62,927 nt of DNA, filler included, from Octopus bimaculoides (GCF_001194135.2; 5 parts of 3 records of this genome joined end to end with filler, not necessarily neighbours in it); one strand, 5' to 3'; positions 10,971 through 24,120 are shown, numbered from the whole stretch's first letter. Notes: generated by a model not told the origin, from the letters alone. Numbers and translations: made by a program.

Positions 10971-11110
10971 TCATTTTTGCAGTTGAGTGAACTGGAGCAA
11001 CGTGAAATAAAGTGTCTTGCTCAAGAGAACAACACACAGCCCGATCCGGGTATCGAACTCACTACCCCATGATTGTGAGCCCAACGCTGTAACCACTGAG
11101 CCATGCGCCT
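10971..11110 (-). mobile_element. SINE family C head
   Basis: Minus strand AGGCGCATGGCTCAGTGGTTA (A box) and GAGTTCGATACCCGG (B box). Confidence 0.85.
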
Positions 11111-11289
11111 ACAGAAGTTAGACGATAACACAAAGAAAAAGGAGCCACACCAAGTTGATATAGTCCTTATTTGTCATTGACAATTATACTATTAAGATGC
11201 AGTAAAATTATGTCAGTAACTAAGTCGTAGATAGAAGTAGCTCCTTCTCAGCAGTATTATAACCCCAGGATCGAGAAAAATAATGTTCA

Positions 11290-11490
11290 TTATTTACATT
11301 ATTTACATTTGACGGTTATTTGTCCTCATCTTGTTTATTGTTAACACAACGTTTCGGCTGATATACCCTCCAGCCTTCATCAGGTGTTTTGGGGAATTTT
11401 CGAACCTGGGTTAACAACAAAGAAGATGAGGACAAATATCTGTCAAATGTAAATAATGTACATAATTCTTCATCTCTTAAATATAAAACT
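11290..11490. mobile_element. Penelope-like pseudo-LTR remnant in inverted arrangement
   Basis: 50-bp arms 11296-11345 and 11410-11459 (46/50 complementary) enclose a hammerhead motif; inverted partial terminal repeats and hammerheads are established Penelope features. Confidence 0.7.
11343..11388 (-). ncRNA. Minimal type-I hammerhead ribozyme motif
   Basis: Minus strand AACAC-CUGAUGA-A-GGCUG-GAGGGUAUAU-CAGCC-GAAAC-GUU^GUGUU: intact core, 5-bp stems I and II, loopless palindromic stem III (AACGUU). Confidence 0.75.
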
Positions 11491-11804
11491 GAAAAATAAT
11501 GCAGTCATTGTATTTATTTATTGACACCAAGCTACAGCGTGCATTGATGAGTAATAACGAATTTAGAGGGAGAATATTTTACAGAGAGAGAGAGAGAGAT
11601 AGTATTCTAACTCTAGGGGCCCCAGGCAAGTGTTCAGTGTCTTCATACCTTAGGACGATACTGAATGTACAACAATAGTTTCGGACACTTTATAACATGC
11701 ATGGACAACCTTTTTCAAGAAGCGGGTCGCATCAGACATGGTGGCCCGTGCTACTAAAACATTCATAGACGGGCCATTCAGCAAGTCCCACGGACCAGAG
11801 TTTT

Positions 11805-12015
11805 AAGCTGCGATCTGGCAAAATCGTTAGCAGGCAGGACAAAATGCTTAGCAGCATTTCATCCGTCTTTACGTTCTGAGTTCAAATCCCGCCGAGGTCG
11901 ACTTTGCCTTTCATCCTTTTGAGATCGATAAAGTAAGTACCAGCAGAGCACTGGGGCGATATAGTTCACTTATTCTCGGAAATTTCTGACCTTGTTCCAA
12001 AATTTAAAACCAATA
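11805..12015 (+). mobile_element. SINE family B
   Basis: AATCGTTAGC...TTCTGAGTTCAAATCCCGCCGAGGTCGACTTTGCC...AAATTTAAAACCAATA. Confidence 0.85.
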
Positions 12016-12711
12016 TATATTCTTTGAAGTTCGATTTTTTTACGGATATATTTTAATCCCTACCTGTATATTTAATATGTAATTTTCTGTTTCTAAAATC
12101 TTGAACTTATTTTTAGAAGTCTATTTTTGCTATATATTTTACACAATTTTAAAATTATTTCGCAATACTTAATTATGTTTTTCTCTTTTTTTCAACATGA
12201 ATGTTCCGGAAAAGTGTTTTAAGAACTTCTTTCATCTCTCTTTCATAGTCTAATACCTCTATTGTTGTTCTAACCTGCGGTCAATCCGATTAACGATACC
12301 TATAACTAAAAGCATTTCAATGGAGACCATCCCGTCTTGTTTGTGGTATGTATGACTTCATTATCTAATGCGTTATTTCTTTGTTTAAAACAAGTGACTA
12401 CGATTTCGAGGAAGTTTGCCGTTATTTGTAGCACGTTGATTTACCATGTAGCCGCTCCCTCGTTTGCTTCTAAATACCTCAGTTCCATATGTAACTGTTT
12501 TGCATTTTTTCTTCTATTTTTTTAATGGTTTCAATCGTTGGACCGCGGCCATACTGCAGCACTGCATTAACTTATTTTTTGTTGTCACTTTATGGCAGCA
12601 AGTTGGTTGAGTTTGTTAAGACGAAAAGCTTTCAGTAGTTAAGACTTTTAATCGAAGATATTTTACTGGTGAACGGTTTTGTAACCCTTCAATTTCTTCT
12701 CTGAGACCGGA

Positions 12712-14015
12712 TACGTTAGGAGACCAAAGCTGTGAGCAGTAATCTAATCTGCTCAGAACTAGGGTTTTCCATAGAGTTAGTATAATTACTGGTTCTTTTG
12801 TCGCGAATGTTCATAGAATCCTTTCTATGTTTGCATTTAGAGGTCAGTTTGGTGATGTGGCTGGTGAAAGACGCGTCATTTGACATGATTACTCGTAAGT
12901 CCCGTATGCCATTAGTGCTCTGAATCATTGTTATCTGGTGTCAAATATTGTGAATGATATGTATTTCCTCCATAATGAAGAACCTGAAATGTTGATATAC
13001 AGTAATCCCTCGCTATATCGCAGTTTACCTATCGCAGCTTATTATTTAAGCTTACGTCGATTCCTCCGTGGTTTTGTTTTGCATTTATAATAAAATAAAT
13101 ATATACAAATTACAAAAATAATAATAATAAATATACAGTACAGTACTGTTTCTACTTCCTGGATTTTCCCCTATCGCGGGGAGTATTGGAACGTAACAGC
13201 CGTGATAGTCGAGGAATAACTGAATTAAATTTCATATTGTTTTTATTTGCCCGTTGATAAATAAGGATTAACTCATTTTGGAGGGTGACACTAACTCCTG
13301 GAGTTGGATAGCCATCGATATTTTTATGTCATCGGCGTAATTTGTGAGGTTGGCCGAGTGCACTTTTGATTATATACCTGATAGGGTGATGATATATAAT
13401 AATGGTCTTATAACCATTCCCTGAAATATTCCACTTATTAAAGGTGACTTAGCAGCAACATATTGGTTCCTACTGCGTAGGAAGTCAAACGACCATTCTC
13501 CGAGTTTTCCTGTGATACCAAGATCCTGTATCCTATGATAGATGATTTCATGATTAATTTTGTCAAACGCCATAGCAAAATCAAGGTATACACAGTCAGT
13601 GTCCTTTCTTTTCAAGAGATTATTGAGAATGTTATGGCACTGTAATGGCAACTTTGTCCAGTCTGAAAACCATGTTGTGTATCAGCTAAGAGGTTGTTTT
13701 CTTCAAGGCATGTAATTATTCTTTTTCAGACAATGCATTCGATAACGTTAGATGTGTGAGATGTGAGAGAAGCATGTCTGTAGATTTTAGCTTCAGCACT
13801 GCTACCTGCCTTGTGTATAGGTGTTACTGTTGTATCTTTCAGCAATTCTAGAAATACGCCTGTATCAAGTGACTTTTGAAATAATATCTTTGATGGTTTT
13901 GCGAGGCTGTTTTTGCACGTTTTTAACAGTATGGCTGGAAGACCATCTGATCCAGATGCTGAGTTTGAATCTAGGCCATTAATAGTTGTAAGTATATCGT
14001 CTTCCATAACATAGC
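12712..14015 (-). pseudogene. Decayed CR1/L2-like LINE reverse transcriptase fragment
   Basis: Minus-strand motifs SASGSDGLPAILLKTC, VYLDFAMAFDKINH, ISGIFQGMVIRPLLY, YADD, RDLRVIM, LDYCSQLWSP; frameshifted and split by a MITE. Confidence 0.88.
13000..13222. mobile_element. Tigger/pogo-like MITE inserted in the LINE
   Basis: TA|CAGTAATCCCTCGCTATATCG ... GATAGTCGAGGAATAACTG termini; right TA mutated to AA. Confidence 0.78.
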
Positions 14016-14665
14016 TAATTAATTAAAATATCTATTTCTTCGTCTACCTATTTCTATCTTCTTCTCTATTTATCTATATATTTATCTGCCTATGTTTCAA
14101 ACCGCCTGTCTAATGGTCCATTTGTCAATTAAAAACTTCTGAAAAATGTTCCTTCGAAATTTCAGTCAGATTAGTAAAATGTGTTCTTTATTATTTTATT
14201 CAAACCCAGCCTAGGCCGATTTTGCCTATCAACAACCGATCTCTGGTCAGAAAATTATCCCTGTGTTAAATCCAAACAATATTTTATCTTATTCAAATGA
14301 TTTCATTATCACACTTACAAGGTATTTGTCCACTCCTGCAGTGTGGATAAATAAACTAAATTTTGAACTTAGTGGGTGGCTTAGAGGGTGGCTTCGGTTA
14401 AATATTTCAGCTTCACCAACCGGATGTAGGTATATAACAGGGGGTGGTTAGTTGTTTATTAACATTTAGTTTGTTTATCAGAATAAGTAAACAAAATTCA
14501 TTCCGCAAAAAGAAAGAAAAAAAAACTTCAAAAAATTTTTTAAATCAGTAATTATTTAGTCAAGACTTCAGATTTATAAATTAGTGCAAGTCGAAATATT
14601 GATGCCTTATCCCTTAAAAACGTTAAGGGGAACCATGTGGTTGGGAAGCAAACTTTTTATCACAT

Positions 14666-14797
14666 AGGTGTGGCTGTGTGGTAAGCCGTTTGCTTCCCAG
14701 CTACAAGATTCTAGGTTCAGTCTCACTGTGTGGCACTTTGAGCAAGTATCTTTGTGGTTGGGTTTGATAGACGGAAACTGAAAAAGCCTGTCTTGCA
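14666..14797 (+). mobile_element. SINE family A head followed by (TACA)n/(TA)n
   Basis: GGCTGTGTGGTAAG..GGTTCAGTCTCACTG..GGAAACTGAAAAAGCC; a short inverted head fragment lies at about 14627-14665. Confidence 0.8.
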
Positions 14798-14887
14798 TAC
14801 ATACATACATACATACATACATACAAACATACATACATACATACATACATATGTAAGTGTATATATATGTATGAATATATATATATA

Positions 14888-14962
<75 letters not shown>

Positions 14963-15019
14963 GTATGTATATATATAATAGATAATAGATAATATATAAT
15001 ATATGTATACATACCTGTA

Positions 15020-15340
15020 TGTGCACATCACGTCACCAACTGTGCAAATAACATGGAATTCGTAAACAAACGAGGGAAAACGAGTGAAGTACGTAAACAA
15101 CGAGAAAAAAATGGAAAACAGGACAAGTAAACACAGCGAAAAGACCCTTCATCAGTTGTCGACTGTCTATCTACTCCTCATTTCGAGCATTGAACGACAA
15201 TATAAGTCTTTAAAGGCAGTTGCTCCCATAAATTCTAAAATAAAATTTAGGATTTATGGAGGGTCAAAGTTGGGAACAAAAAATGACAGTGGAAACATAC
15301 AAGGAAACCGAACAAAAACAAACATGGAGGGTCGTTAGAC
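15020..15340 (-). mobile_element. Probable Penelope-like fragment
   Basis: Minus strand carries CTGATGAAGGG and a degenerate (CTG)AAGA..AATGCTCGAAA hammerhead-like remnant. Confidence 0.35.
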
Positions 15341-15349
15341 CAGAATGAG

Positions 15350-16135
15350 AGGAAAAGGACATTTGAATAGTCGAGCAGCTGCTTCAGGACCCAGTCATAA
15401 TGCCGTAAGAGCTGTGTGTGAGGCAGCTTCTGTTTGGACGGAAGCCATGCTGAGTATCACTCAGCAAGTCATTTTCTTCTAGGAATGTAACCAGTTTCTT
15501 TCTGACGATTCGCTCCATGACTTTCCTGATATGTGAAGTCAGAGAGATAGGTCTGTAGCTTTTGGCCTCTGCTCTGCTTCCACCTTTATAGATAGGGCAT
15601 ATGATGACTTCATTTAGCTTTTTGGAAGTTAACCACTTGCAAGGAAACTCTGGAAGAGTATCCGAAGGGGTTCCGCTAATTCCTGTTTACATGACTTTAA
15701 GAGAATAGCTAGAGGCCCGTTGCTGAGTTTGGGCTCGTTTCGTCTATGGCCGCTATTATATCTTCCTCTTCAATGTCAATGTAGGTAATGGCTGCTGCCT
15801 TTTTCTGCAGGGTTGCATAGTCAAAGAAATCAGCTGGGGTTTTTATCTGCATGTGACTCAGTGTAGAGGTGAAGACACTTTTAAATTGTACACTGAGCAC
15901 TTCACTTATCCTTCTGGGGTCCACAATCAGTGAGCCATTCAATTGGAGCAGGGGTCCTATTCTGTACTGTACGGTGGCGGTTTCCTTTGCAGACTTATAG
16001 AAAGCTTTGGGGCTTGTTTTTATGCTTTCTACAGCTCCCTTTTCTTTCTCTGCTCTTTCCATTCCATAGGAGAGTTTAATTTTGTTTTCAATTTCCAGCA
16101 GTTCTGCCAGGTCACCGCCTTTATTTTGCAATATA
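15350..16135 (-). pseudogene. Second decayed CR1/L2-like LINE fragment (linker plus N-terminal RT)
   Basis: SPKAFYK, LSVQFKSVFT, SPNSATG, YRPISLTSHIRKVMERIV, LLSDTQHGFRPNRSC. Confidence 0.88.
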
Positions 16136-16534
16136 TTGAAACACAAATTTGCGAGTGACATTTTGAAATGTATGTAAATCAACATAAAAACATCAAATTT
16201 ATTATCTTTAATCTGAGTGTCACGTGGAGTTGCTGGAAACGTTTAGCTTACTACGTTTTATTGTTGCGGTTTTTTTGTTTGTTTAAATTCGATGCCAAGT
16301 TTATTCTTAAAATAAGGTCAAGCTTTAAAAGCAGTAAATTTTGTTGTCAAAGCCCTGCGAAAAAAAAAAAATGAAAGCTGTCAATTTTCTATGAATTATT
16401 TGTTTAAACTGTTATTGGATTGTCTTGTTTTTGTTTGGTGATAACCCTGATAGAATATGGCGGATTGTCCACTGCTTCCTTACCAGGGTTAATCAATTAT
16501 AACTCTTCTCCTTTTTATAAGATATGATCCAGAT

Positions 16535-16730
16535 TTTGACACAAAGCCAGTACTTTCAGAGGAATGGGGTTATCGATTACAGTACTTGACTGGTACTTTA
16601 TTTTGTCGTCACCGAAGGGACAAAAGGCAGGATTGATCTCGATGGGATTTGAACTCAAAAAGTAAAGAGCCGAACGAAATGTCGCTAATAATTTTGTCTG
16701 ACGCGCTAACTGTCCTCCAGTCCGCCGTCT
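16535..16730 (-). mobile_element. SINE family B
   Basis: Reverse-complement match; another degenerate minus copy at about 17030-17155. Confidence 0.75.
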
Positions 16731-17904
16731 AACGTTTTTTATAAGATATAAACGAGGAAATTTACAATAACAGAAATGATAGGTGTTTTGAAAGTGTCGA
16801 GCAGGATTCGTCTTGGTTTTCCATATCGTAGATGATTGCCAAGTAAAACAACATAGAAAAAGCATTTTTTAATACAAAACCTCTAAGGAGAGTGATGGGA
16901 ATGGAACTGTTTGTATCAGTTTTCCCTGTTACGGATAATAAAAATATTTAAAAAAAGGAAATTACTTCAATTTGCGAAGAAATTTTTTTTTTTTTGCTTT
17001 GTTTTCTGCTGCTGGAGCACAAACAAAATGTTATTTATCGGTCCCTAAAGAATGAAGGGCAAAGACGGCCTCAGCAAGATCTGAACTGAAAACGCAAGGA
17101 ACCGAAATAAATACCGCTAGCCATTTCGTCCGACACTCTATTGACTCTGCCAATTCTTACGAGGATGGAGAACAAATGAAGGTTGGAGAAGAATGTCACA
17201 GTGTCACGGAAGTAAAAAAAAAAAAAAAAGAAAACAGAAAAGGTGAGGCTAGCCAGAATGTATCTAGGATCCTGGAAGAAGAGGCGAGGAAGCTGAAAGA
17301 ATGGGGGAGACACTCCTACGCAGCTGCTCATCTTCACAGTGGGACAAATTAGTTACTATGAACTGCTCAATGTTCACTCTAGAGAAATATAGACCAACAA
17401 ATATATTGAAAAAGCGTTAAGTGGGGCGCGAAGACCAACAGTATTTACGGGACAGGATCTTATTAAAGATCACGCCCGCAGTAAGAGGATGACTTCCACT
17501 AAAAATATTTACAAGTGCATCTGGGTTCTCAAACTTCCAATATAAGTGGGAGGGAAAGAGTCATAGCGAGCTAGTAGGTTCTCATCCACGTGTGGTTGTT
17601 TTTATTTTTTGTTTTGTATTTTTCACGATTTTTAAAATTTGTATATATTTTTATTATATACTTATCCAGCTCTTCTGTGAATTTGATTTATATCAAAGTT
17701 TCAACATATTTAATAATTCATATAATTTCGTTTTCATATCATTTTATTTTGTGTATTACCATACGTTTGCAAACCATGTGCCTTCCCATACGTTTGAAAA
17801 CCATGTATTTTCGTTCTTTTTATAGCGTTTGTAGGACGGACCCTATGGCGGCAAAGGAAGAAAGCGTTATTTTTATTATTTCTGTTCTTATTGCTGCTAT
17901 TGTG

Positions 17905-18110
17905 AAGGCAGCGAGCTGACAGAATCGTTAGCACGCCGGGCGAAATGTTTAGCGGTATTTCGTCTGCCGCTTCGTTCTGAGTTCAAATTCCGCCGAAGTC
18001 GACTTTACTTTTTGGGGTCGATAAATTAAGTACCAGTTAAGTACTGGAGTCGATGTAATCGACTGTCCCTCTTCGCCAAATGTTAAGCCTTGTACCTATA
18101 GTAGAAAGTT
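17905..18110 (+). mobile_element. SINE family B
   Basis: AAGGCAGCGAGCTGACAGAATCGTTAGCACGCCGGGCGAAATG...GAGTTCAAATTCCGCCG. Confidence 0.88.
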
Positions 18111-19066
18111 TTATTGCTGCTACTGTTGATCATACAACNNNNNNNNNNNNNNNNNNNNNNNNNNNNNNNNNNNNNNNNNNNNNNNNNNNNNNNNNNNNNN
18201 NNNNNNNNNNNNNNNNNNNNNNNNNNNNNNNNNNNNNNNNNNNNNNNNNNNNNNNNNNNNNNNNNNNNNNNNNNNNNNNNNNNNNNNNNNNNNNNNNNNN
18301 NNNNNNNNNNNNNNNNNNNNNNNNNNNNNNNNNNNNNNNNNNNNNNNNNNNNNNNNNNNNNNNNNNNNNNNNNNNNNNNNNNNNNNNNNNNNNNNNNNNN
18401 NNNNNNNNNNNNNNNNNNNNNNNNNNNNNNNNNNNNNNNNNNNNNNNNNNNNNNNNNNNNNNNNNNNNNNNNNNNNNNNNNNNNNNNNNNNNNNNNNNNN
18501 NNNNNNNNNNNNNNNNNNNNNNNNNNNNNNNNNNNNNNNNNNNNNNNNNNNNNNTATGTGGATGGTTGTAATTTCCATCTTCCCGAGTCGAATTCTACCA
18601 AGATTTATTTGATGAATGAAAAAAAATTTTTACTCGTTTATCTTATGAAGATTGAACTTGGAAACGTTTGATCCTCTACCCCATGAACTGTGGTAGACCA
18701 AAGATTTGTGCTTTAAATAATTTTGCTATTTTTTTTATATTGCTAACTAATTGCTTAAAGAAGTCAGTAAATTACTAAAACTACTAAAATTACTTTCGTA
18801 GGAAACATAAACGAGTTAATGCTGATTACGATCCAATAGAAAACAATCTTTGAAAACAATAACAATAAGTCAGAAAATAGACAACCAGAAAATGAAAATG
18901 AACTGAACAAGCAGTTACAGCAAGCACACAGTGACAATTGATATACCGATAACACTAACGCGATTTTTGTCCTTGAGTGGCAACTGTTATTTCCTATTTG
19001 CTTACCTCTAGAAAGTATGAAAAATGGCCAATATTTTCTTCAAACTTCACTTTTGTTCATTTATAT

Positions 19067-19546
19067 CAGGGGTCACCAAACTTTTTTCATGGTGGGCTAG
19101 ATAACCGAAAGAATGGCGAGCGCAGGCTGCATAACCATTTTGTTCAATTCAATACAGGGAATACACAAAAAATAAAGACAAACAACATATTTATTTACCA
19201 AAAAGTTATCAAAGAAGGCAACGTTAGCAATAAAATCATACCCAGTGTGATATATCCGAATCTAAGCAACAAAAAAAGGTTAATGAGATTTGTGAAACTG
19301 GCGTTTAGCTTTTAAGATATCATCAATATTTGCTTTGGAATTGTTGCATCCAGCCAAGAACAGTCAACATCGTTCGATGTGCTGACTTCACATAATTCAT
19401 TTTTGAAAATGTTTGCTTAAGTTGTTTGAAACAATAACGCCATACCAGAAGCAAATGAACTCTTATTGCAGCTACCTACACAAAAGGTACAGTGCAGCGG
19501 CGGGCCGGACGAACTGATCTCGCGGGCCGTAGTTTGGTGACCGCTG
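19067..19546. mobile_element. hAT (Charlie-like) MITE, 480 bp
   Basis: TIRs CAGGGGTCACCAAAC / GTTTGGTGACCGCTG; 8-bp TSD ATTTATAT / ATTTATAC. Confidence 0.88.
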
Positions 19547-20280
19547 ATTTATACAAACTTCAAAGAATCATTCTTGACACATGGCTATGTTACTCCTCCA
19601 CTATTCTTGCTCATGATCAGAGATGCACATTTTGCCAGCCACGAAGAGACATGCTCAAGTGGTTAAGGTCAAGGAAATGTCAAGCAAGTCTGAGTGGCTT
19701 CAGCAACTCTCCTGAATCTGTCTGAAATGGAAAATAGGTCAGTTTCAAAACATTGAAACGATGGGATACATGTTACTCCGAAGTTGTATCCCTTTGCAGA
19801 GTGGAAAGGAGACAAATAAGACTGGTGGGTCAAGTAAAAAGACTATTTGCTCTATATATGGAAGAGCTACGTAACAAACTAGAAAAAGAGATCAAGAAAG
19901 AAAGCAGGTTTGTGGCTTAGAAATCCAATTAGAATTAGCGTGATACTCTTTAGAGATATAAGGAAATATTTTTATGCACTTCGAACCATTAAGTCGGAAG
20001 TGCATTTTAGCTTATAAATATAAATGATTTAAAGTATAAAATAATTATCAAATATATACTTCTTTGTGAAGTTGCGTAGCGTAATGGTTTCACTGCGATC
20101 TGGGAAGCGCCCTGTCTTTCAGTTCGTTACTTCATTTCTCGTTACTTCAGTCCATTCGGCTGACAATAAGCACCATCGCCTATTGGGAATAAGGCTAAAC
20201 CTGCAACGGTGGCCAGAGAATAGTTTTGCACTTTAACGCTACGGAAAACAGGCTATGCTCCAGCCTAATAGGCTTGTAAG

Positions 20281-20696
20281 CAGGGCCAGATTAAGACCCT
20301 TCGAGCGCCTAAGCACTTAAAAGATTTTGGTGCCCCCATAGAAGACTATGTAATTCAAACTATAAACAATAATAAACCATAAAATCTGTTTTATTTTTTC
20401 AAAACGAAACAAAACGGTAAGAGGGAAAATAATATTTATTTTTGTATACTTCCACTTTAATTTATATTTGAAAAATTTTCTCCTACTTTTTTGAATGGCA
20501 GTCTTTAATCAGATCCTCAAAATTAATCTTAGGCAACACATCTGCATCTATACTAAGTAGAGATAAAGGCATCTCGAATATTATTTTAAGTGATTTTTTC
20601 TGTGCCGTAAACCATTTACCATTTCTGTGGTGTCCCCCTCCTTCCCTTGATGTCCTAAGCACGTGCTCAGTTTGCTTAATGGTTAATCCAGCGCTG
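20281..20696. mobile_element. hAT (Tip100-like) MITE, 416 bp, inserted in the tail of an old SINE (about 20070-20280)
   Basis: TIRs CAGGGCCAGATTAA / TTAATCCAGCGCTG; 8-bp TSD CTTGTAAG / CTTGAAAG. Confidence 0.82.
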
Positions 20697-21227
20697 CTTG
20701 AAAGGCTAGGGACAGAAATGACTGAATTACTTCTTTATTCAAAAAATGAATCATTGTTGTCTTGATATTATATTTCGAAATATTTGTGTTCTTCGCATTC
20801 TTTGAATATAATTTTACTGTTATTTTGCGGTGACCTTTACTACATCTTCTGGCATATTGGTGTGACACAGCGCACTGTTACGGGCCCAGTGTTATATCTG
20901 AATAAAAGGTGCGGTTATGATTAAAACTCATTTCATCATAGGTTCACTTGATGAAGCCTGATAAGGTACGAACGAAATATATACATATATGAATATACTT
21001 ATGTGTGTGTATACACACATATTATAGGTTCTCTTCTATTTTTAATTATTTGAATTCTTCCTCTGAAGAGGGTGCAGGTTTCTGACAAAGATACAAAGAT
21101 TCATCGTTGGAATGTATATAGCAAAAGCAATGTCACATTTTAAACTTGCGGTAAGTCTTGCACATTTGTATTGTTCCATCTACGTATGTATGTATGTATA
21201 GTCACACGCACACTATAAAATCATATA

Positions 21228-21375
21228 GGCACAGGCATGGTTGTGTGATAAGAAACCACATGGTCTCTGGTTCAGTCTCACTGTGTGACAACTTGGGCAA
21301 GTGTCTTCTGTTATAGTCCCGGACCGATTAAATCCTTTTGGGTGGGTTTAGTAGATGCAAACTGAAAGAAGCTCG

Positions 21376-21425
<50 letters not shown>

Positions 21426-22058
21426 NNNNNNNNNNNNNNNNNNNNNNNNNNNNNNNNNNNNNNNNNNNNNNNNNNNNNNNNNNNNNNNNNNNNNNNNNNN
21501 NNNNNNNNNNNNNNNNNNNNNNNNNNNNNNNNNNNNNNNNNNNNNNNNNNNNNNNNNNNNNNNNNNNNNNNNNNNNNNNNNNNNNNNNNNNNNNNNNNNN
21601 NNNNNNNNNNNNNNGGCTTTTTTTTTTTTTTTTTTCGATTAAGCATTTCAAGGCAGCACACAGCAGGGCCGCAATCCAGTAACAGAAACCTGCAAAAGAC
21701 CTTGGACAAGTGTCTTCTACTATAGCCTCGGTCAAACCAAAGCCTTGTGAGTGGGTTTGGTAGATGGAAACTGAAAGAAGCCCATCATACACACACACAC
21801 ACACACACACGCACACACAGATATATATATATATGTATGTATGTGTATGTATATGTTTGTGTGTCTGTATTTGTTCCCCCGACATCGCTTGACAACTGAT
21901 GTTGGTGTGTTTACGTCCCCGTAACTTAGCGGTTCGGCAAAATAGACCGATAGAATAAGTACTAGGCTTACAAAGAATAAGTCCTGGCGTTAATTTGCTC
22001 GACAAAAGGCGGTGCTCCAGTATGGCCGCAGTGAAATGACTGAAACAAGTAAAAGAAT
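21228..22058 (+). mobile_element. Two tandem SINE family A copies (21228-21692 across a gap; 21700-22058)
   Basis: Head plus (TG)n, gap, tail; then a 5'-truncated copy with complete tail. Confidence 0.85.
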
Positions 22059-22265
22059 AAAAGAATATATATATATTATACACAGTCATATACACATATA
22101 CATATTGATGACTATAGCTATGAATATGTTTATATACGCATGTGCGTATGCATGCATATTATATGTGAGAATTACTGACCTTGTACTTATGTTAGAAACA
22201 TTATTATTATGTGGGTATTATACATATACATATATATATATACATATATACATGTATATGTATAA

Positions 22266-22365
22266 NNNNNNNNNNNNNNNNNNNNNNNNNNNNNNNNNNN
22301 NNNNNNNNNTTAATTAATTAANNNNNNNNNNNNNNNNNNNNNNNNNNNNNNNNNNNNNNNNNNNN
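22266..22365. other. Artificial 100-bp scaffold spacer N44-TTAATTAATTAA-N44
   Basis: Six-frame-stop palindrome flanked by exactly 44 N each side; repeated at 45250-45349, 51216-51315 and 58745-58844. Confidence 0.92.
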
Positions 22366-22379
22366 TCTCTCTTTCTCTC

Positions 22380-22654
22380 TCTGTGAAAGTATCTGTCACT
22401 ACAGTATCGAAATGTGATTGTTTCAGTTAGTGGAATAGTTTCATTTTTAAAGTGAAAGTATTTGACATGAGTGTTTTTGTTTCACTTTTGACACGTAATA
22501 CTTAAATAATGGAGGAGATATTATGTTGCCGTGTGCTCGAACTCTCCAAGAAGTTAATAATTTTTTTGACTAAAACACAACTGGAACCCTAAGTAAGGCA
22601 TGTGTAAAATTTGAATGAAATTGGTTGCGTAGTTCTCGAGTTTTAGGGATTCAC

Positions 22655-22693
<39 letters not shown>

Positions 22694-22719
22694 CACATTC
22701 TCATTTTTATATATATAGA
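22380..22719 (-). mobile_element. Non-autonomous Helitron 5' part with (GTCT)n
   Basis: Minus strand A|TCTATATATATAAAAATGAGAATGTG-(TCTG)n-...AACCAATTTCATTCAAATTTT; near-identical to 45096-45249. Confidence 0.78.
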
Positions 22720-23859
22720 TATATATATATATATTTCAGTCTGCAGAGAAATAACTAAAATTTGCCCTTTTCATAATTATACCATATGTTAAATATTTAT
22801 GATAACATACCTTGATACTGTGTGGACTAAGATCCCCGTTGACAGGCCGCTGGTTTTTATAGTGTTAAACACTTTCGGTATGCAAATTAGAGACTCCTTC
22901 ACAGAATAACTGCTGCATTAGTTGAGTATATAAATAATTTGGCTGCTTGTTTCTCTGGTGACTGTTAGAATGATGTGGACGCCTATAATGAGAATCCCAT
23001 AAGGTTCGAAAATCGATTAATACTGTTCATATTTTTGTTTTTGGTTCAGTCTGCGGAGAAATGGCTGAAATTTACCGTTTATAATTATGTTACATATATA
23101 CATACATACATACATACACATACATGGATTCATGCATATACATACCTCCTACAAATACTTGTATATTTGTGTGTGTGTGTGTGTGTGTGTGTACGCACGC
23201 GTGTGTGTGTATGTGTATCTGTAGGAACAGGTGTCTCAGAAACAACATAATGACGACACCCAACAACATCAATACCATCAACAGAGACTTACAGCAGCAA
23301 CAATTTTTAAGTACAATATTCTAAATTATCTTAACATGAAGTGCTTCTTTTCTTTCTTTCTTTCTTTTTTTCACAAATAAATAAGAACTAAGCAAAAATT
23401 ATTGATAAATTTTCTGTTACAGAACTGTTAGTAAAACGTTTGTTTCATCACGGATAAATAGGAATGATGGTTCGGGCAATTCAGTTAGGTTCTTTTAGTA
23501 ATAATCTCAATTAGATTGAACAAGTGAGAAAACAGTGTGTGGTAGATAATATTCCAGGCTATTGTGCTAATAAGAATTTGACAGAATTCAATTCCAGACA
23601 CGTTCTCAAGTTACGCACCTTCTTCACACATCCGAAGAACATGTTTAACGGAAATTAGCTTAGCTCGGCAAATAAATTCAATTAGTTGGAACAAGCAATA
23701 TTATAGTTTGATGACTTCCTTTATCTGTACATCAAAATTCTCCACCCCACACCCCCGTTTTCTATTCTTTTTTTTTTTTTTTGTAAATGGGAGGTGCAGA
23801 ACAGATTGAAGAATACCACTTCCGGTTACTCAGACTAGGATGATTCTCTTTTAAACCTC

Positions 23860-24023
23860 CTCTTTTTCTGTCTTGCACTTCATCCCTTCTCTTTCTCCCT
23901 CCTTCTCCTTTTCTTTCTCACACTCCATTTGTCTGTCTTACTCTCTCTTCCTTTCTCTTTCTCTCTCTGTCTATCTGTCTGTCTCGTTCTCTCTCTGTCT
24001 CTCTGTCTCTCTCTCTCTCTCTG

Positions 24024-24064
<41 letters not shown>

Positions 24065-24065
24065 A

Positions 24066-24120
<55 letters not shown>
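23860..24120. repeat. CT-rich compound microsatellite (CT)n, (TATC)n, (GTCT)n
   Basis: Visible tandem units. Confidence 0.95.

Noticed and set aside
18625-18680. CTTATGAAG...GGAAACGTT as another hammerhead (also 20945-20980 and 51335-51365)
   Set aside because: Core bases are mutated and stems do not pair; at best decayed Penelope remnants.
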